Made by a program: the position numbers and the translations under genes
Notes under the pieces: generated by a model
What the model was told of the DNA's origin: nothing
The model's database searches: none
Seen by the model: the letters and a program-made list of their open reading frames with translations, nothing else
Shown: piece by piece, positions 31,451 to 42,270 of the stretch
Position numbering within the stretch: the stretch's first letter is position 1
Layout: each line of letters begins with the position of its first letter
DNA from: an uncultured Candidatus Rokubacteria bacterium
GTDB lineage: Bacteria > Methylomirabilota > Methylomirabilia > Rokubacteriales > CSP1-6
Assembly (NCBI GenBank): GCA_963762145.1
Contig: CAVXJS010000009.1
Span: 224,001-288,000, forward strand
Length of the DNA: 64,000 nucleotides
Direction of reading: 5' to 3'

Positions 31451-34400
31451 ATGAAAGTCGCCCGGCGATTCACCCGAGAAGGCCAGAGTCCGTACGCGGG
31501 CATCCAGTTCGACCAGCGAGTGTCGGAGATCAAGAACCCGGACGGCTCCACGGTCTTCCGCCAGGACGGGATCTCGGTGCCGGCCGGGTGGTCGGCGGTG
31601 GCCACCGACATCCTGGCCCAGAAATACTTCCGGAAGTCCGGGGTGCCGCAGTATGCCGCGGACGGCAAGCCCCTGCTGGACCGTGACGGTCGGCCGGTGC
31701 TGGGCGGCGAGCGGGATGCCCGGCAGGTGTTCCACCGCCTGGCCGGCTGCTGGATGCACTGGGGCGAGAAGTACGGCTACTTCGACACCCCCTCTGACGC
31801 GCGGGCCTTCTACGACGAGCTCTGCTACATGCTCGCGGCCCAGGTCGCGGCCCCGAACTCGCCGCAGTGGTTCAACACCGGGCTCCACTACGCCTACGGG
31901 CTCTCCGGCCCGGCCCAGGGCCACCACTACGTCGACCCGGACACGCGGCGTCCTGACGCGGGCCACCTCCGCCTACGAGCGGCCGCAGCCGCACGCCTGC
32001 CAGCCCTACCACGCCCTGATCTCCACGCCCGAGGGCCCGATCCCGATCGGGCAGATCGTGACCAAGAACCAGGTCGGCCTGGAAGTCTACGACGGCCGGG
32101 ACGAGGGCATCGGCACGACGCGGGTGGTGGCGGTCAAGGAGAACGGCGAGAAGGCGGTCTTCCGCATCGAGCTCCGCAACGGCGTGGCGGTCGAGGCCAC
32201 CGGCGATCACCTGGTCTACGCGATCGCCAACGGCGTGGGCGCCTGGCGCCGGGTGGACGAGGTGGAGCCGGGCGCGGCCCTGCGCCTGTCCACGCGGACC
32301 GACGTGCGCCTGGACTCCTACCACACCGAGGTGGACGAGGCGGCCCTGGTCGGGTGGCTGCAGGCCGACGGCTTCGCGGGCCAGGACGGGCTCAGCACCG
32401 AGCACAGCCTGGCCGTCGAGTTCACCACCATCGACAAGGACGAGCTCGACTTCATCGTCGAGCGGGTCCACCGCGTGTTCGATGGCGCGCACTACCACGT
32501 CCGCTCGATGGAGACGCGCACCCCGGGGCTCGACATCCACCGGATCCGCCTGTACGGCGAGCCGCTACGGCCCTTCGTGGACAAGTACGGCCTGCTCCGC
32601 TCGAGCGCCGACCACGTGGTGCCGGCGAACATCTTGCGAAGCGGCCGCGACGCCCAGGCCGCGTACCTGCGCGCCCTCTTCCAGGCCCAGGGCACGGTCA
32701 GCCTGCGGTCGTACTGGGCCCGCCAGGCCGACGTCACGCTCACCACGATCTCGGCCGCGCTCGCCCACGGGGTGCAGGCCCTCCTGCTCAACATGGGCAT
32801 CTACGCGAAGCTGGGGCGGGGCGCCGAGACCCGGGAGAGCCGCCGCACCCCCTTCATCGTCTCGATCGTCCACGCGGAGTCGCGGGCCCGGTTCCGGGAC
32901 CTGATCGGCTTCGTCTCCGACGACAAGCGCGAGAAGCTCGACACCGCCTGCTCCGACCAGTTCGCGGGCAAGAAGCTCCCCGCGCTGCGCGACGAGACGG
33001 TGGTACGGGTGGAGTGCGTGGGCGTGCAGCCGGTCTTCGACATCCAGACCGAGAGCGGGCAGTACCTCTCCAACAACGTCATCGTCCACAACTGCTTCAT
33101 CCAGTCCGTCTCCGACGATCTGGTCAACGACGGCGGCATCATGGACCTCTGGACCCGCGAGGCCCGCATCTTCAAGTACGGCTCGGGCAGCGGGACCAAC
33201 TTCTCCAACCTGCGCGGCGAGAACGAGCCGCTCTCGGGCGGGGGCAAGTCCTCCGGGCTGATGTCGTTCCTCCGCATCGGCGACCGCGCGGCGGGGGCCA
33301 TCAAGTCGGGCGGCACGACCCGGCGGGCGGCCAAGATGGTGATCCTCAACCTCGACCATCCGGACATCCTGACCTTCATCCGGTGGAAGGTGGTGGAGGA
33401 GCAGAAGGTCGCGGCGCTGGTCAGCGGCTCGCGCATGACCAAGCGGCGGCTGCAGGCGGTGCTGGCCGCGGTGCGCACCCCGGCGGGCATCGAGGCCGAC
33501 CCGCGCCAGAACCCGGCGCTGCGCTCGGCGGTCCGCGAGGCGCGCGCGGCCCTCGTGCCCGAGGGCTACATCCAGCGCGTGCTGCTCCTGGCCGCCCAGG
33601 GCGTGCGCGAGATCCACTTCCCGGAGTACGACACCGACTGGGACAGCGAGGCCTACTACACGGTCTCCGGCCAGAACTCCAACAACAGCGTGCGCGTGCC
33701 CAACGCCTTCTTCGACGTGCTCGCGCGCCGGGGCCAGTGGGAGCTCAAGCGCCGCACCGACGGCAAGTCGCGCGGGCTCGGTACCCGCCGAGCAGCTCTG
33801 GGACGAGATCGCGCACGCGGCCTGGGCCTGCGCCGATCCCGGCGTCCAGTACGACACCACGATCAACGAGTGGCACACCTGCCCCGAGGACGGGCGCATC
33901 AACGCCAGCAACCCGTGCGTGACCGGCGACACCCTGGTGGCCACCGCGGACGGCTGGCAGCGCATCGACGCCCTCGTGGGCAAGACCGCGCGCATCATCG
34001 GCTCGGACGGCGCGCCGCATCTCGTGACCCGCATCTTCCCGACCGGCCGCAAGCCGGTGTTCGATCTCCGGACGCGCCTCGGGTACCGGGTGCGCATCAC
34101 CGCCGACCACAAGGTCCTGACGGTGGGCCGCGGCGACGTGCCGGTGGCCGACCTCACGGCCGGCAATCGCCTCATGCTGCGCGGGCCCGGGCTTCGGCCG
34201 GCGCGCCCTCGCCACCGAGCTGGCCCTGGGCGTCGGGGTGGCGGCGGCGGAAGGGCTACCTCACCCAGTCGGTCGTCCTCGGGCGCGCGCAGGAGTCGCT
34301 CGTGCTCAGCACCGACGCGGGGGAGTCTCCGATCCTGGCCGCGGTCGCGGAGGCGGTCCACGCCAGCCGCGACCGCGCTCCAGGCGGTGGGCGGCGCTCG

Positions 34401-37138
34401 GCCGCCAGGCCGGCTCCGGCGTCATCACCCGGACCGCGGCCACCGCGCGTCTCATGCTCGAGCAACCGCCTCTGCGGTGGCGGTCTTCCGCGAGTTCGCG
34501 ATCCTCGACGAGGGCGCGGCGGCGATCCGCTTCACTCCCGCCGTCTTCGACCTGGACCGGCCGGCCCTGGCCGCGGTGCTCCGCGGTCTCTTCACCGCGG
34601 ACGCCACCGTGGCCAACTACGGCGAGCAGTCGCGCTACGTCTCGCTGGACTCGACGTCGCTCGAGCTGCTGCGCCAGACCCAGCTCCTCCTGCTCGCCTT
34701 CGGCATCAAGGCGCGGCTCTACGAGGACACGCGGCTCGCCGAGGCCACGGCGGCGCGGCCCCATCCGACCCACTCGCTGCGCATCAGCCGCGCGTCCTGC
34801 CCGCTCTTCGAGCAGGCGATCGGCTTCCACGCGGCGAGCCCGAAGGCGCAGGCCCTGGCTCAGCTCAACGGCGACGAGCCGGTGGCGGGCGAGGAGCTGA
34901 CCGACGAGGTGCTCGCCATCGAGCCGGCGGGCGAGGCGGACGTGTTCGACCTCACCGAGGAGGTCACCCACCACTTCGTGGCGGGCGGGCTCGTCGTGCA
35001 CAACTGCTCGGAGTACCTCTTCCTCGACGACACCGCGTGCAACCTGGCGTCCATCAACGTGGTGAAGTTCCTGCAGCGAGGACGGCAGCTTCGACGTGGA
35101 CGGCTTCCGCCACGCCTGCCGCCTGTGGACCTCGGTGCTCGAGATCAGCGTCCTGATGGCGGCCTACCCGAGCCCCTCGATCGCCCAGCGGAGCTGGGAC
35201 TTCCGCACCCTGGGCCTGGGCTACGCCAACATGGGCACGGTGCTCATGCGCCGGGGCATCCCCTACGATTCTCCGGAGGCGACCGCCATCTGCGGCGCGA
35301 TGACCGCGATCATGTGCGGCGAGGCCTACGCGACCTCGGCCGAGATGGCGCGGGACCTCGGGCCCTTCCCCGGCTACCAGAAGAACCACGAGCACATGCT
35401 GCGCGTGATGCGCAACCACCGGCGGGCCGCCTACGGCGTCGCCGCGGTGGAGTACGAGGGGCTCAGCATCACCCCGCTCGGCATCGATCCCGCGCACTGC
35501 CCGGCCCCGCTGCTCCAGGCCGCGCGCGAGACCTGGGACCGGGCGGTCGGGCTCGGCGAGCAACACGGCTACCGCAACGCCCAGGTCACGGTGCTGGCTC
35601 CGACCGGCACCATCGGCCTCGTGATGGATTGCGACACCACCGGCATCGAGCCCGACTTCTCGCTCGTGAAGTTCAAGAAGCTCGCGGGCGGCGGCTACTT
35701 CAAGATCATCAACCAGAGCCTGCCCCTGGCGCTGGAGACGCTCGGCTACACCCCCGTCGAGATCGACGACATCGTGGCCTACTGCGTCGGCCACAAGACC
35801 CTCCGGGGCGCGCCGTTCATCAACCACGACACGCTCCGGGCCAAGGGCTTCGACGACGCGGGGCTGCAGCGGCTGGAAGCTTCGATCGAGACCGCGTTCG
35901 ACATCACCTTCGCCTTCAACGCCTGGACCCTCGGCGAGGGCTACGTGGCGTCGCGGCTCGGCATCAACGACGCGCAGCTCGCCGAGTGGAACGGCAACCT
36001 GCTCCGCGCGCTGGGCTTCACCCCCGCCGAGATCGAGGCGGCCAACGACTACTGCTGCGGCACCATGACCGTCGAGGGCGCGCCGCTGCTGAAGGCCGCG
36101 CATCTGCCCGTCTTCGACTGCGCCAACCGCTGCGGCAAGCGGGGCACGCGCTTCATCGCCACCGAGGCGCACATCCGGATGATGGCGGCGGCCCAGCCAT
36201 TCATCTCGGGCGCCATCAGCAAGACCATCAACATGCCGATGGACGCCACCATCGAGGACGTGAAGTGGGCCTACGACCTCTCCTGGCGCGGCATGCTCAA
36301 GGCGGTGGCCCTCTACCGCGACGGGTCCAAGCTCTCGCAGCCGCTCAACTCCACGACGGACGAGGAGGAAGAGCAGGCGGCGGCCGCGGACGTGGAGGCG
36401 GTGGCCGAGAAGATGACCGAGCGGGTGGTCACCCAGTACCTCCGCGAGCGGCATCGCCTGCCCGACCGGCGCTCCGGCTACACCCAGAAGGCGGTGGTGG
36501 GCGGCCACAAGGTCTACCTGCGCACCGGCGAGTACCAGGACGGGACGGTCGGCGAGATCTTCCTCGACATGCACAAGGAAGGGGCGGCCTTCCGCTCCCT
36601 GATGAACTGCTTCGCGATCGCGATCTCCCTCGGCCTGCAGCACGGCGTGCCGCTCGACGAGTTCGTGGACGCGTTCGTGTTCACCCGGTTCGAGCCGAAC
36701 GGGATGGTGAAGGGCAACGATCGCATCAAGATGTCCACCTCGGTCATCGACTACGTCTTCCGCGAGCTCGCCATCACCTATCTCGGGCGCACCGATCTCT
36801 CGCACGTGCCCGAGGAGGATCTGCGCGCGGACGCCATCGGCAGCCGGCCCGGCGAGGGCCCGGTGTCCAGCGCCCCGTCCATTCCGCTGGCGATGGAGGT
36901 GACCGCGCCGGAGCCCGCACCCCGTCCGGCTCCCGCGCCGGTGACCGCCCGCGCCGCCGCCCCGGTGAGCGGGGGCAGCGGTCCCCTGGCCGAGATGAAG
37001 CTGCTCTCTGCGTCCGAGATGGCCCGACTCAAGGGCTACGAAGGCGACCCGTGCGGCGACTGCGGGCAGTTCACCATGGTGCGCAACGGCACCTGCCTCA
37101 AGTGCATCACCTGCGGCACCACCACCGGCTGCTCATAG
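31451..37138 (+). CDS. nrdJ: class II (adenosylcobalamin-dependent) ribonucleotide reductase with two inteins and C-terminal TSCPD/Zn-ribbon; several frameshifts
   Basis: [10 protein letters not shown]; [11 protein letters not shown]; PQPHA[C]FIQSV; [12 protein letters not shown]; [13 protein letters not shown]; SNP[C][15 protein letters not shown]; LGLGYAN; APTGTI; GAISKTIN; YRDGSK; [22 protein letters not shown]. Confidence 0.95.
31998..33092 (+). mobile_element. intein 1 in NrdJ (365 aa) with a LAGLIDADG-type endonuclease domain
   Basis: Begins [10 protein letters not shown] after PQPHA; block [10 protein letters not shown]; LVGWLQADG; [10 protein letters not shown]; VFDIQT...NNVIVHN|C. 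Confidence 0.93.
33916..35004 (+). mobile_element. intein 2 in NrdJ (about 363 aa) with a degenerate LAGLIDADG domain; internal compensating frameshifts
   Basis: Begins [10 protein letters not shown] after NASNP; block [11 protein letters not shown]; LRGLFTADA; [19 protein letters not shown]|CSEY. Confidence 0.93.
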
Positions 37139-37151
37139 CCCTGGCGACCGG

Positions 37152-37239
37152 CCCCTCACCCTGCCCTCTCCCCCTCCCGGGGGAGAGGGTTCTTGATTCT
37201 TCCCCCTCTCCTCTCCGGGGAGAGGGTAAGGGTGAGGGG
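37152..37239. repeat. BoxC-like repeat, copy 3 (two inverted units) after nrdJ
   Basis: CCCCTCACCCTGCCCTCTCCCCC..GGGGGAGAGGG followed by CCCTCTCC..GGGGAGAGGGTAAGGGTGAGGGG. Confidence 0.75.
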
Positions 37240-37262
37240 CTCCGAACACAGGGGCGCTGGGC

Positions 37263-38885
37263 GTGACCACCCGCTGGCCCGAGGCCCGCGCCCCGCGCGG
37301 CATGGTGGCCACCCCGCACCTGCTGGCGACCCAGTCCGGCCTGGCCGCGCTGCGCGCGGGCGGCAATGCGCTCGACGCGGCGATCGCGGCGGCGGCCACC
37401 ATCGCGGTGGTCTACCCGCACATGAACGGCCTCGGCGGCGACAACGTGTGGCTCATCTACGACGCCCGCCAGCAGCGGCTTCGCGCGCTCTGCGCGGTGG
37501 GTCGCGCCGCCCGCGCGGCCAGCATCGACTGGTACGCGGCGCGGGGGATCAGCGGCGCCCTCCCCTCACGCGGCGGGCCCGCCGCGCTGACCGTGCCGGC
37601 GGCGGTGGACGGCTGGTGGCAAGCGCACGAGTACAGCCGGGGCGCGATGGGCTCGCCGGTGGGCTGGAAGGCGCTGCTGGCCGACGCGATCCTCTACGCG
37701 CGCGAGGGATTCCAGGCTTCCGACGGCCAGCGCGTCCCGCCGCCCCGCGAGCCCGATCTCTTCACCGAGCGCGCGCCCACGGAGATTCGCCGCGCGCTCT
37801 GGCCGCTCTACCACCCGGACGCCCTGCGCCGTGGGCCGCTGGTGCAGCGCGATCTGGCCCGCACGCTCGAGGCAGTGCGCGACGGGGGCGCGGAGGGCTT
37901 CTACCACGGCGACGTCGCCCGGCGGCTCGTGGCCGCTGCCGCCGCCGTGGGCAGCCCGCTCGCGGCCGAGGATCTGGCCGAGCATCGCTCGGACTGGATG
38001 GAGCCCCTCCGCATCGCGTACGCGGAGGGGCACGTCGCGAGCTTCCCGCCCCCCACCCAGGGCATCTCGGCCCTCGCGGTGCTCGGCATGACCGAGCGCT
38101 TCGACATGAGCGCCCTGCCCGAGGCCGACTACATCCACGTGCTCGTGGAGGCGACCAAGCTCGCGTTCGACGATCGCGACCGGTACCTCACCGACCCGGC
38201 CCACATGCGCGTGAATCCCGTCGATCTGCTCGCCCCCGAGCGCCTCCAGGCCCGCGCGCGCCTGATCTCGCGCGAGCGCGCGCGCCCGCCCCAGCCCGCC
38301 GCGGCCGCGGGCGGCGACACCATCGCGCTCGTCACCGCCGACCGGGAAGGCAACGCGGTCTCCGTGATCCAGTCGCTCTACTTCACCTTCGGCGCGGCGG
38401 TGCTCGCCGGCGACACCGGCGTGGTGCTGCAGAACCGCGGCGCGTTCTTCTCCCTCGATCCCGGCCACGTCAACGCGCTCGCTCCCGGCAAGCGGACGAT
38501 GCACACGCTGATCCCGTCCATGTACCTCGAGGGCGGGCGGCCGCGCTTCGTCTACGGGACCATGGGCGGCGAGGGCCAGCCCCAGACCCAGGCCGCCATC
38601 CTCACCCGCCGCCTGTTCCGGCGCCTCGGCACGCAGGCCGCGATCGAGGCGCCGCGGTGGCTCTACGGGCGCACCTGGGGAACCGCGTCACGGGCGCTCA
38701 GCCTGGAAGGGCGCTACCCGGCGGAGCTCGCATCGGAGCTGGCCGGCCGCGGGCACGAGGTGACCATCGGGGGGGAGTGGGACGATCTTTTCGGGCACGC
38801 GCACGGCATCTGGGTGGCCCCGGAGAACGGCGGCCTGGTCGGCGCCTCGGACCCGCGGGCCGACGGCGGCGCCCTGGGCTATTGA
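37263..38885 (+). CDS. ggt: gamma-glutamyltransferase family protein
   Basis: GGNALDAAIA; YPHMNGLGGD; GDT nucleophile Thr followed by ADREGNAVS; LQNRG; PGKRTMHTL; GTMGGEGQPQ; ASDPRADG. Confidence 0.92.
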   Translation: MTTRWPEARAPRGMVATPHLLATQSGLAALRAGGNALDAAIAAAATIAVVYPHMNGLGGDNVWLIYDARQQRLRALCAVGRAARAASIDWYAARGISGALPSRGGPAALTVPAAVDGWWQAHEYSRGAMGSPVGWKALLADAILYAREGFQASDGQRVPPPREPDLFTERAPTEIRRALWPLYHPDALRRGPLVQRDLARTLEAVRDGGAEGFYHGDVARRLVAAAAAVGSPLAAEDLAEHRSDWMEPLRIAYAEGHVASFPPPTQGISALAVLGMTERFDMSALPEADYIHVLVEATKLAFDDRDRYLTDPAHMRVNPVDLLAPERLQARARLISRERARPPQPAAAAGGDTIALVTADREGNAVSVIQSLYFTFGAAVLAGDTGVVLQNRGAFFSLDPGHVNALAPGKRTMHTLIPSMYLEGGRPRFVYGTMGGEGQPQTQAAILTRRLFRRLGTQAAIEAPRWLYGRTWGTASRALSLEGRYPAELASELAGRGHEVTIGGEWDDLFGHAHGIWVAPENGGLVGASDPRADGGALGY

Positions 38886-38904
38886 GGGCCTCTCCTCCCT
38901 ATTT

Positions 38905-38939
38905 CCCTCTCCCCTCAGGGGAGAGGGCAGGGTGAGGGG
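38905..38939. repeat. BoxC-like repeat, copy 4, between convergent genes
   Basis: CCCTCTCCCC-TCA-GGGGAGAGGGCAGGGTGAGGGG. Confidence 0.75.
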
Positions 38940-38959
38940 TGGTCGACGGTGAGGGGCGG

Positions 38960-40573
38960 CTACGCGTTGCCGCCGGCCAGGGCCTTGTAGAGCTCGAGCC
39001 CCACCTGCGACAGATCCGACCGGGTCTCGATCGGCAGTCCGGCAACGGTCCACGCACCGAGGCCGCCCTTCAAGATCCTCACGTCCTTGAAGCCCATCTT
39101 TCTGAGGTCGCGCGCCACCCGGGCGCTGGTCTCTTCGTCGGGTCAGGTACAGTAGGCCACCACGGGCCGCGTCATGTCGAGGTCGAGGCCGGCCAGGCTG
39201 CCGGGCAGGTCCTCGGGCGTCACGCGCACCGAGCCGGGAATCTTGAGCGGGAGCTTCTCGTAGGCGTCGACGTTGCGGGCATCGAGGATGGTCGGCACCT
39301 TGCCGCTCTCCATCATCCGAACCACCTCGAACGGCTGCACCCGGTAGCGGTTCTTGTTCCAGCGATGCAGCCACTGGCCGCCGAATCCACCCGCGCTCAG
39401 GAACGTGACCCCGATCGCCACCCAGAACCACGGGAACGGCTTGGGCGGCGGATTCTTCACGTACTCGCGCGTCTCGACCAGCTTGCGCCGGACATCGGGC
39501 AGGTTCGGGTGGAGCTTGTCGGCCTCCTCGAAGCGCCGCAGGGCGCCGGGGTAGTCCTCGGCGTAGAAGGCGGTCAGGCCCGCATACCAGACGTCGTTGA
39601 ACTTGCTGCTTCCGTTGATCTTCACCGGGGTGCCGCGCACGAAGTCGGTCACCGCCGCCGACGGGATCACGAAGTTGAAGCCCTGGACGATGGCGCCCTC
39701 CGCGCCCGGCGCCAGCGAGACGAAGGTGAGGACGCCCACCACCTTGCCCCGGTCGTCCACCGTCGGACCACCCGAGTTCCCCCACGCGGCCGAGGCATCG
39801 GTCTGGATGAGGGGATTGTTGCTCGCGTCGGCCTGGATCGCGGAGACCGCCCCATTGGTCACCACGGAGTCGACCATGGCGGACTTGCTGAGCAGCTCGT
39901 GGGAGAGCACCACGCCCGGGAACCCCAGGATGTGCACGGGATCGCCGACCTGGACACCGCGAGAGTCGGCCAGGGGCAGCATCGGGAAGGAGTCCCCGTC
40001 GACCTTCAGGAGGGCGAGGTCCTTGGCGGACATCTCGCTCACCGGCGGGCTGTACTTCTTCACGGCGGCGCTGAGCCGGCCCTTGGCGGTGACCACGAAG
40101 ATCTGGGGCTGGAGGTTGACCTTGACGGTCGGCAGCACCGCGTCGAGCAGCCTTCGCTTGGCCGCCTCCTCGCGATCCGGCGCATCCCCCGGCTGCAGCC
40201 CCATCTTCTTGAGCATCTGCGGCAGGCACGCCGAGGTAACCGCCCGCTGGGCCTGCTGGTTCGCCAGCCAGCGGGGCGGCTCGTGGGCCGGCTGGACGAC
40301 GTGGCCGTTGGTGATCAGCCAGCCGTCGGCGTCCAGGAACCAGCCGGTGCCGGTCTCCCGGAAGACGGGCGGGGTGATCTTCTGGGGCCCGGCGCCGGCC
40401 CCGCAGTCGAGGGTGACCTCGGAGGCCACCTCGGCCACCACCAGCACCACCGCCGGCTTGGCGCGCTGAATGGCCTCCTGGACGGTGATGGGCTTCTGGG
40501 CCGAGGCCGCGGAGGGGAACGACGCGGCCGCCAGCACGACGGCCGTCCCGAACAGCGCTGAACGCAGTATCAT
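38960..40573 (-). CDS. trypsin-like serine protease-TM-rhodanese fusion; probable selenoprotein (UGA at 39143-39145 read as Sec)
   Basis: Signal peptide; GTGWF..LITNGHV; DLALLK; GNSGGP; TPR-like helix pair; TM (FPWFWVAIGVTFLSAGG); rhodanese ILDAR..KIPGS..VVAYCT-TGA-PDEETSARVARDLRKMGFKDVRILKGGLGAWTVAGLPIE...TAG at 38960. Confidence 0.85.
39104..39142 (-). promoter_or_regulatory. candidate bacterial SECIS hairpin
   Basis: Immediately 3' of the UGA: CCCGACGAAGAGACCA-GCGCC-CGGGU-GGCGC-GCGACCUC. The stem starts about 16 nt after the UGA and has a G-rich apical loop. Confidence 0.55.
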
Positions 40574-40611
40574 AGGCCCACTGCGGACCATTCTACACTG
40601 AGTCAGGAGCC

Positions 40612-41004
40612 ATGAGCCGGCCGATCGGGGAAGTGCCGACGAGAACGTTCCAGCCCGGCGACGTCATCTTTCGCGAGGGTGACGACGCCAAGGGCGAAGC
40701 GTTCATGGTCCACGTGGGCCGCGTGGACATCCGCAAGCAGATCGGCGGCGAGGAGCGTCTGCTGCGCACGCTCGCCAAGGGCGAGCTGCTCGGGCACATC
40801 GCGCTCTTCCGCAACGCGCCCCGCTCCGCGAGCGCGATCGCGGCCGACGCGGTCACCCTGATGGTCATCCCCGCCAACCGGCTCGATCACCTGGTCCGGG
40901 CGAACCCCGCGCTCGCGCTCGCGCTGATCCGCGATCTGGCCGTCAACCTGCTCGCAGCGGAAGATCGGCTGCGCGAAGCCGAGCAGAAGAGGAAACCGGA
41001 GTAG
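40612..41004 (+). CDS. stand-alone cyclic nucleotide-binding domain protein
   Basis: FQPGDVIFREGD; GRVDI; GELLGHIALF..PRSASA. His replaces the usual Glu in the phosphate-binding cassette. Confidence 0.88.
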   Translation: MSRPIGEVPTRTFQPGDVIFREGDDAKGEAFMVHVGRVDIRKQIGGEERLLRTLAKGELLGHIALFRNAPRSASAIAADAVTLMVIPANRLDHLVRANPALALALIRDLAVNLLAAEDRLREAEQKRKPE

Positions 41005-41019
41005 GAGCAGCCGTGCCGC

Positions 41020-42241
41020 TCAGGCGGTGGCGACGAGACCGAAGGTCTCGGCCGCGACGCCCGCGACGTGTCGCCCGATGGCCAGCGACGCGGTGGCGCC
41101 CGGGGAGGGCGCGTTGACCACGTGCACGGCGCCCGCCGTCACGCTGATCTTGAAATCGTCGATGAGCGCGCCGTCCGGGGCGACCGCCTGCGCGCGCACT
41201 CCCGCCCCACCCCGCTCGAGATCGGACGCCGCGATGTCGGGGACCAGCTTCTGCAGCGAGCGCACGAAGGCGGTCTTGCTCGCCGAGCGGTACATCTCGA
41301 AGGCGCCCACCCGCCAGTACTTGCGCGCCATGTGCCAGAAGCCCGCGTAGCCGAGCGTGCCGAGGAGCTCGCCGGGCCGCACCGTGCCGAGCGTGTAGCC
41401 CTCGCGCGCGAAGGCCAGCACCGCGTTCGGGCCCGCCTCCACGTCGCCGTGGATGGTGCGGGTGAAGTGGACGCCCAGGAACGGGAACTCGGGATCCGGA
41501 ACCGGGTAGATGAGCCCGCGCACGATCGAGCGGCGCTCCGGGCGCAGCATGTAGTACTCGCCGCGGAACGGGATGATCCGCACCTCCGGGGTCACTCCCA
41601 TCAGGGCGGCGACCCGATCGGAGTGCAGCCCGGCGCAGTTCACGAGGTGCTTCGCCTCCACCGCGCCCTGCGCGGTCTCGAGCACCAGCGCGCTCCCCTG
41701 CCGCCGGATCGCGCTCACGCCGGCCCCCGTGAGGATGCGGACGCCGCGCTGCTGGAGGAGCTCGGCCATCTTGGCCACCACCTCCATGTAGTCGACGATC
41801 CCGGTCTCGGGCACGTGGATCGCGCGCACCGCGCGGCAGTTCGGCTCGTAGGCGCGCACCTCCTCGGCGGTGAGCATCTTGAGGCCGGCGAGCCCGTTGG
41901 CCTGGCCGCGCTCGTAGATCGTCTGCAAGCCGCGGCAGCTCGTTGGCGTCGGTGGCCACGATGATCTTGCCGCAGCCCTCCCACTTGATGCCGTGGGTGT
42001 CGCAGAACTGCTTCATGCGGCGCGCCCCGTCCACGCAGAGCTTCGCCTTGAGCGAGCCGGGCTTGTAGTAGACCCCGGAGTGGATGACCCCGCTGTTGTG
42101 GCCGGTCTGGTGCGAGCCGAGCTGCGGCTCCTTGTCGAGCAGCACGAGCCGCAGGCGCGGGTGGGCCTCGGTCAGGGCCAGGGCGGTGCCGAGGCCCACG
42201 ATGCCGCCGCCGACGACCGCCAGGTCCGTGGTCTGCGTCAC
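41020..42241 (-). CDS. lhgO: L-2-hydroxyglutarate oxidase, frameshift near 41930
   Basis: VGGGIVG; HQTGHNSGVIHSGVYYKPGSLKAKLC; PFRGEYY; IYPVPDP.FPFLGVH; GVRAQA; NAPSPGAT. Confidence 0.93.
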
Positions 42242-42270
42242 GGGCGCCAGAATACCATCACCCTGGCGAC

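Noticed and set aside
8400-35100. Mass pseudogenisation or programmed frameshifting in the many broken genes
   Set aside because: Single-base indels affect unrelated genes, including nrdJ. I saw no accompanying in-frame nonsense decay, and motifs are intact on both sides. This pattern fits long-read consensus error. Read-level polishing would settle it.
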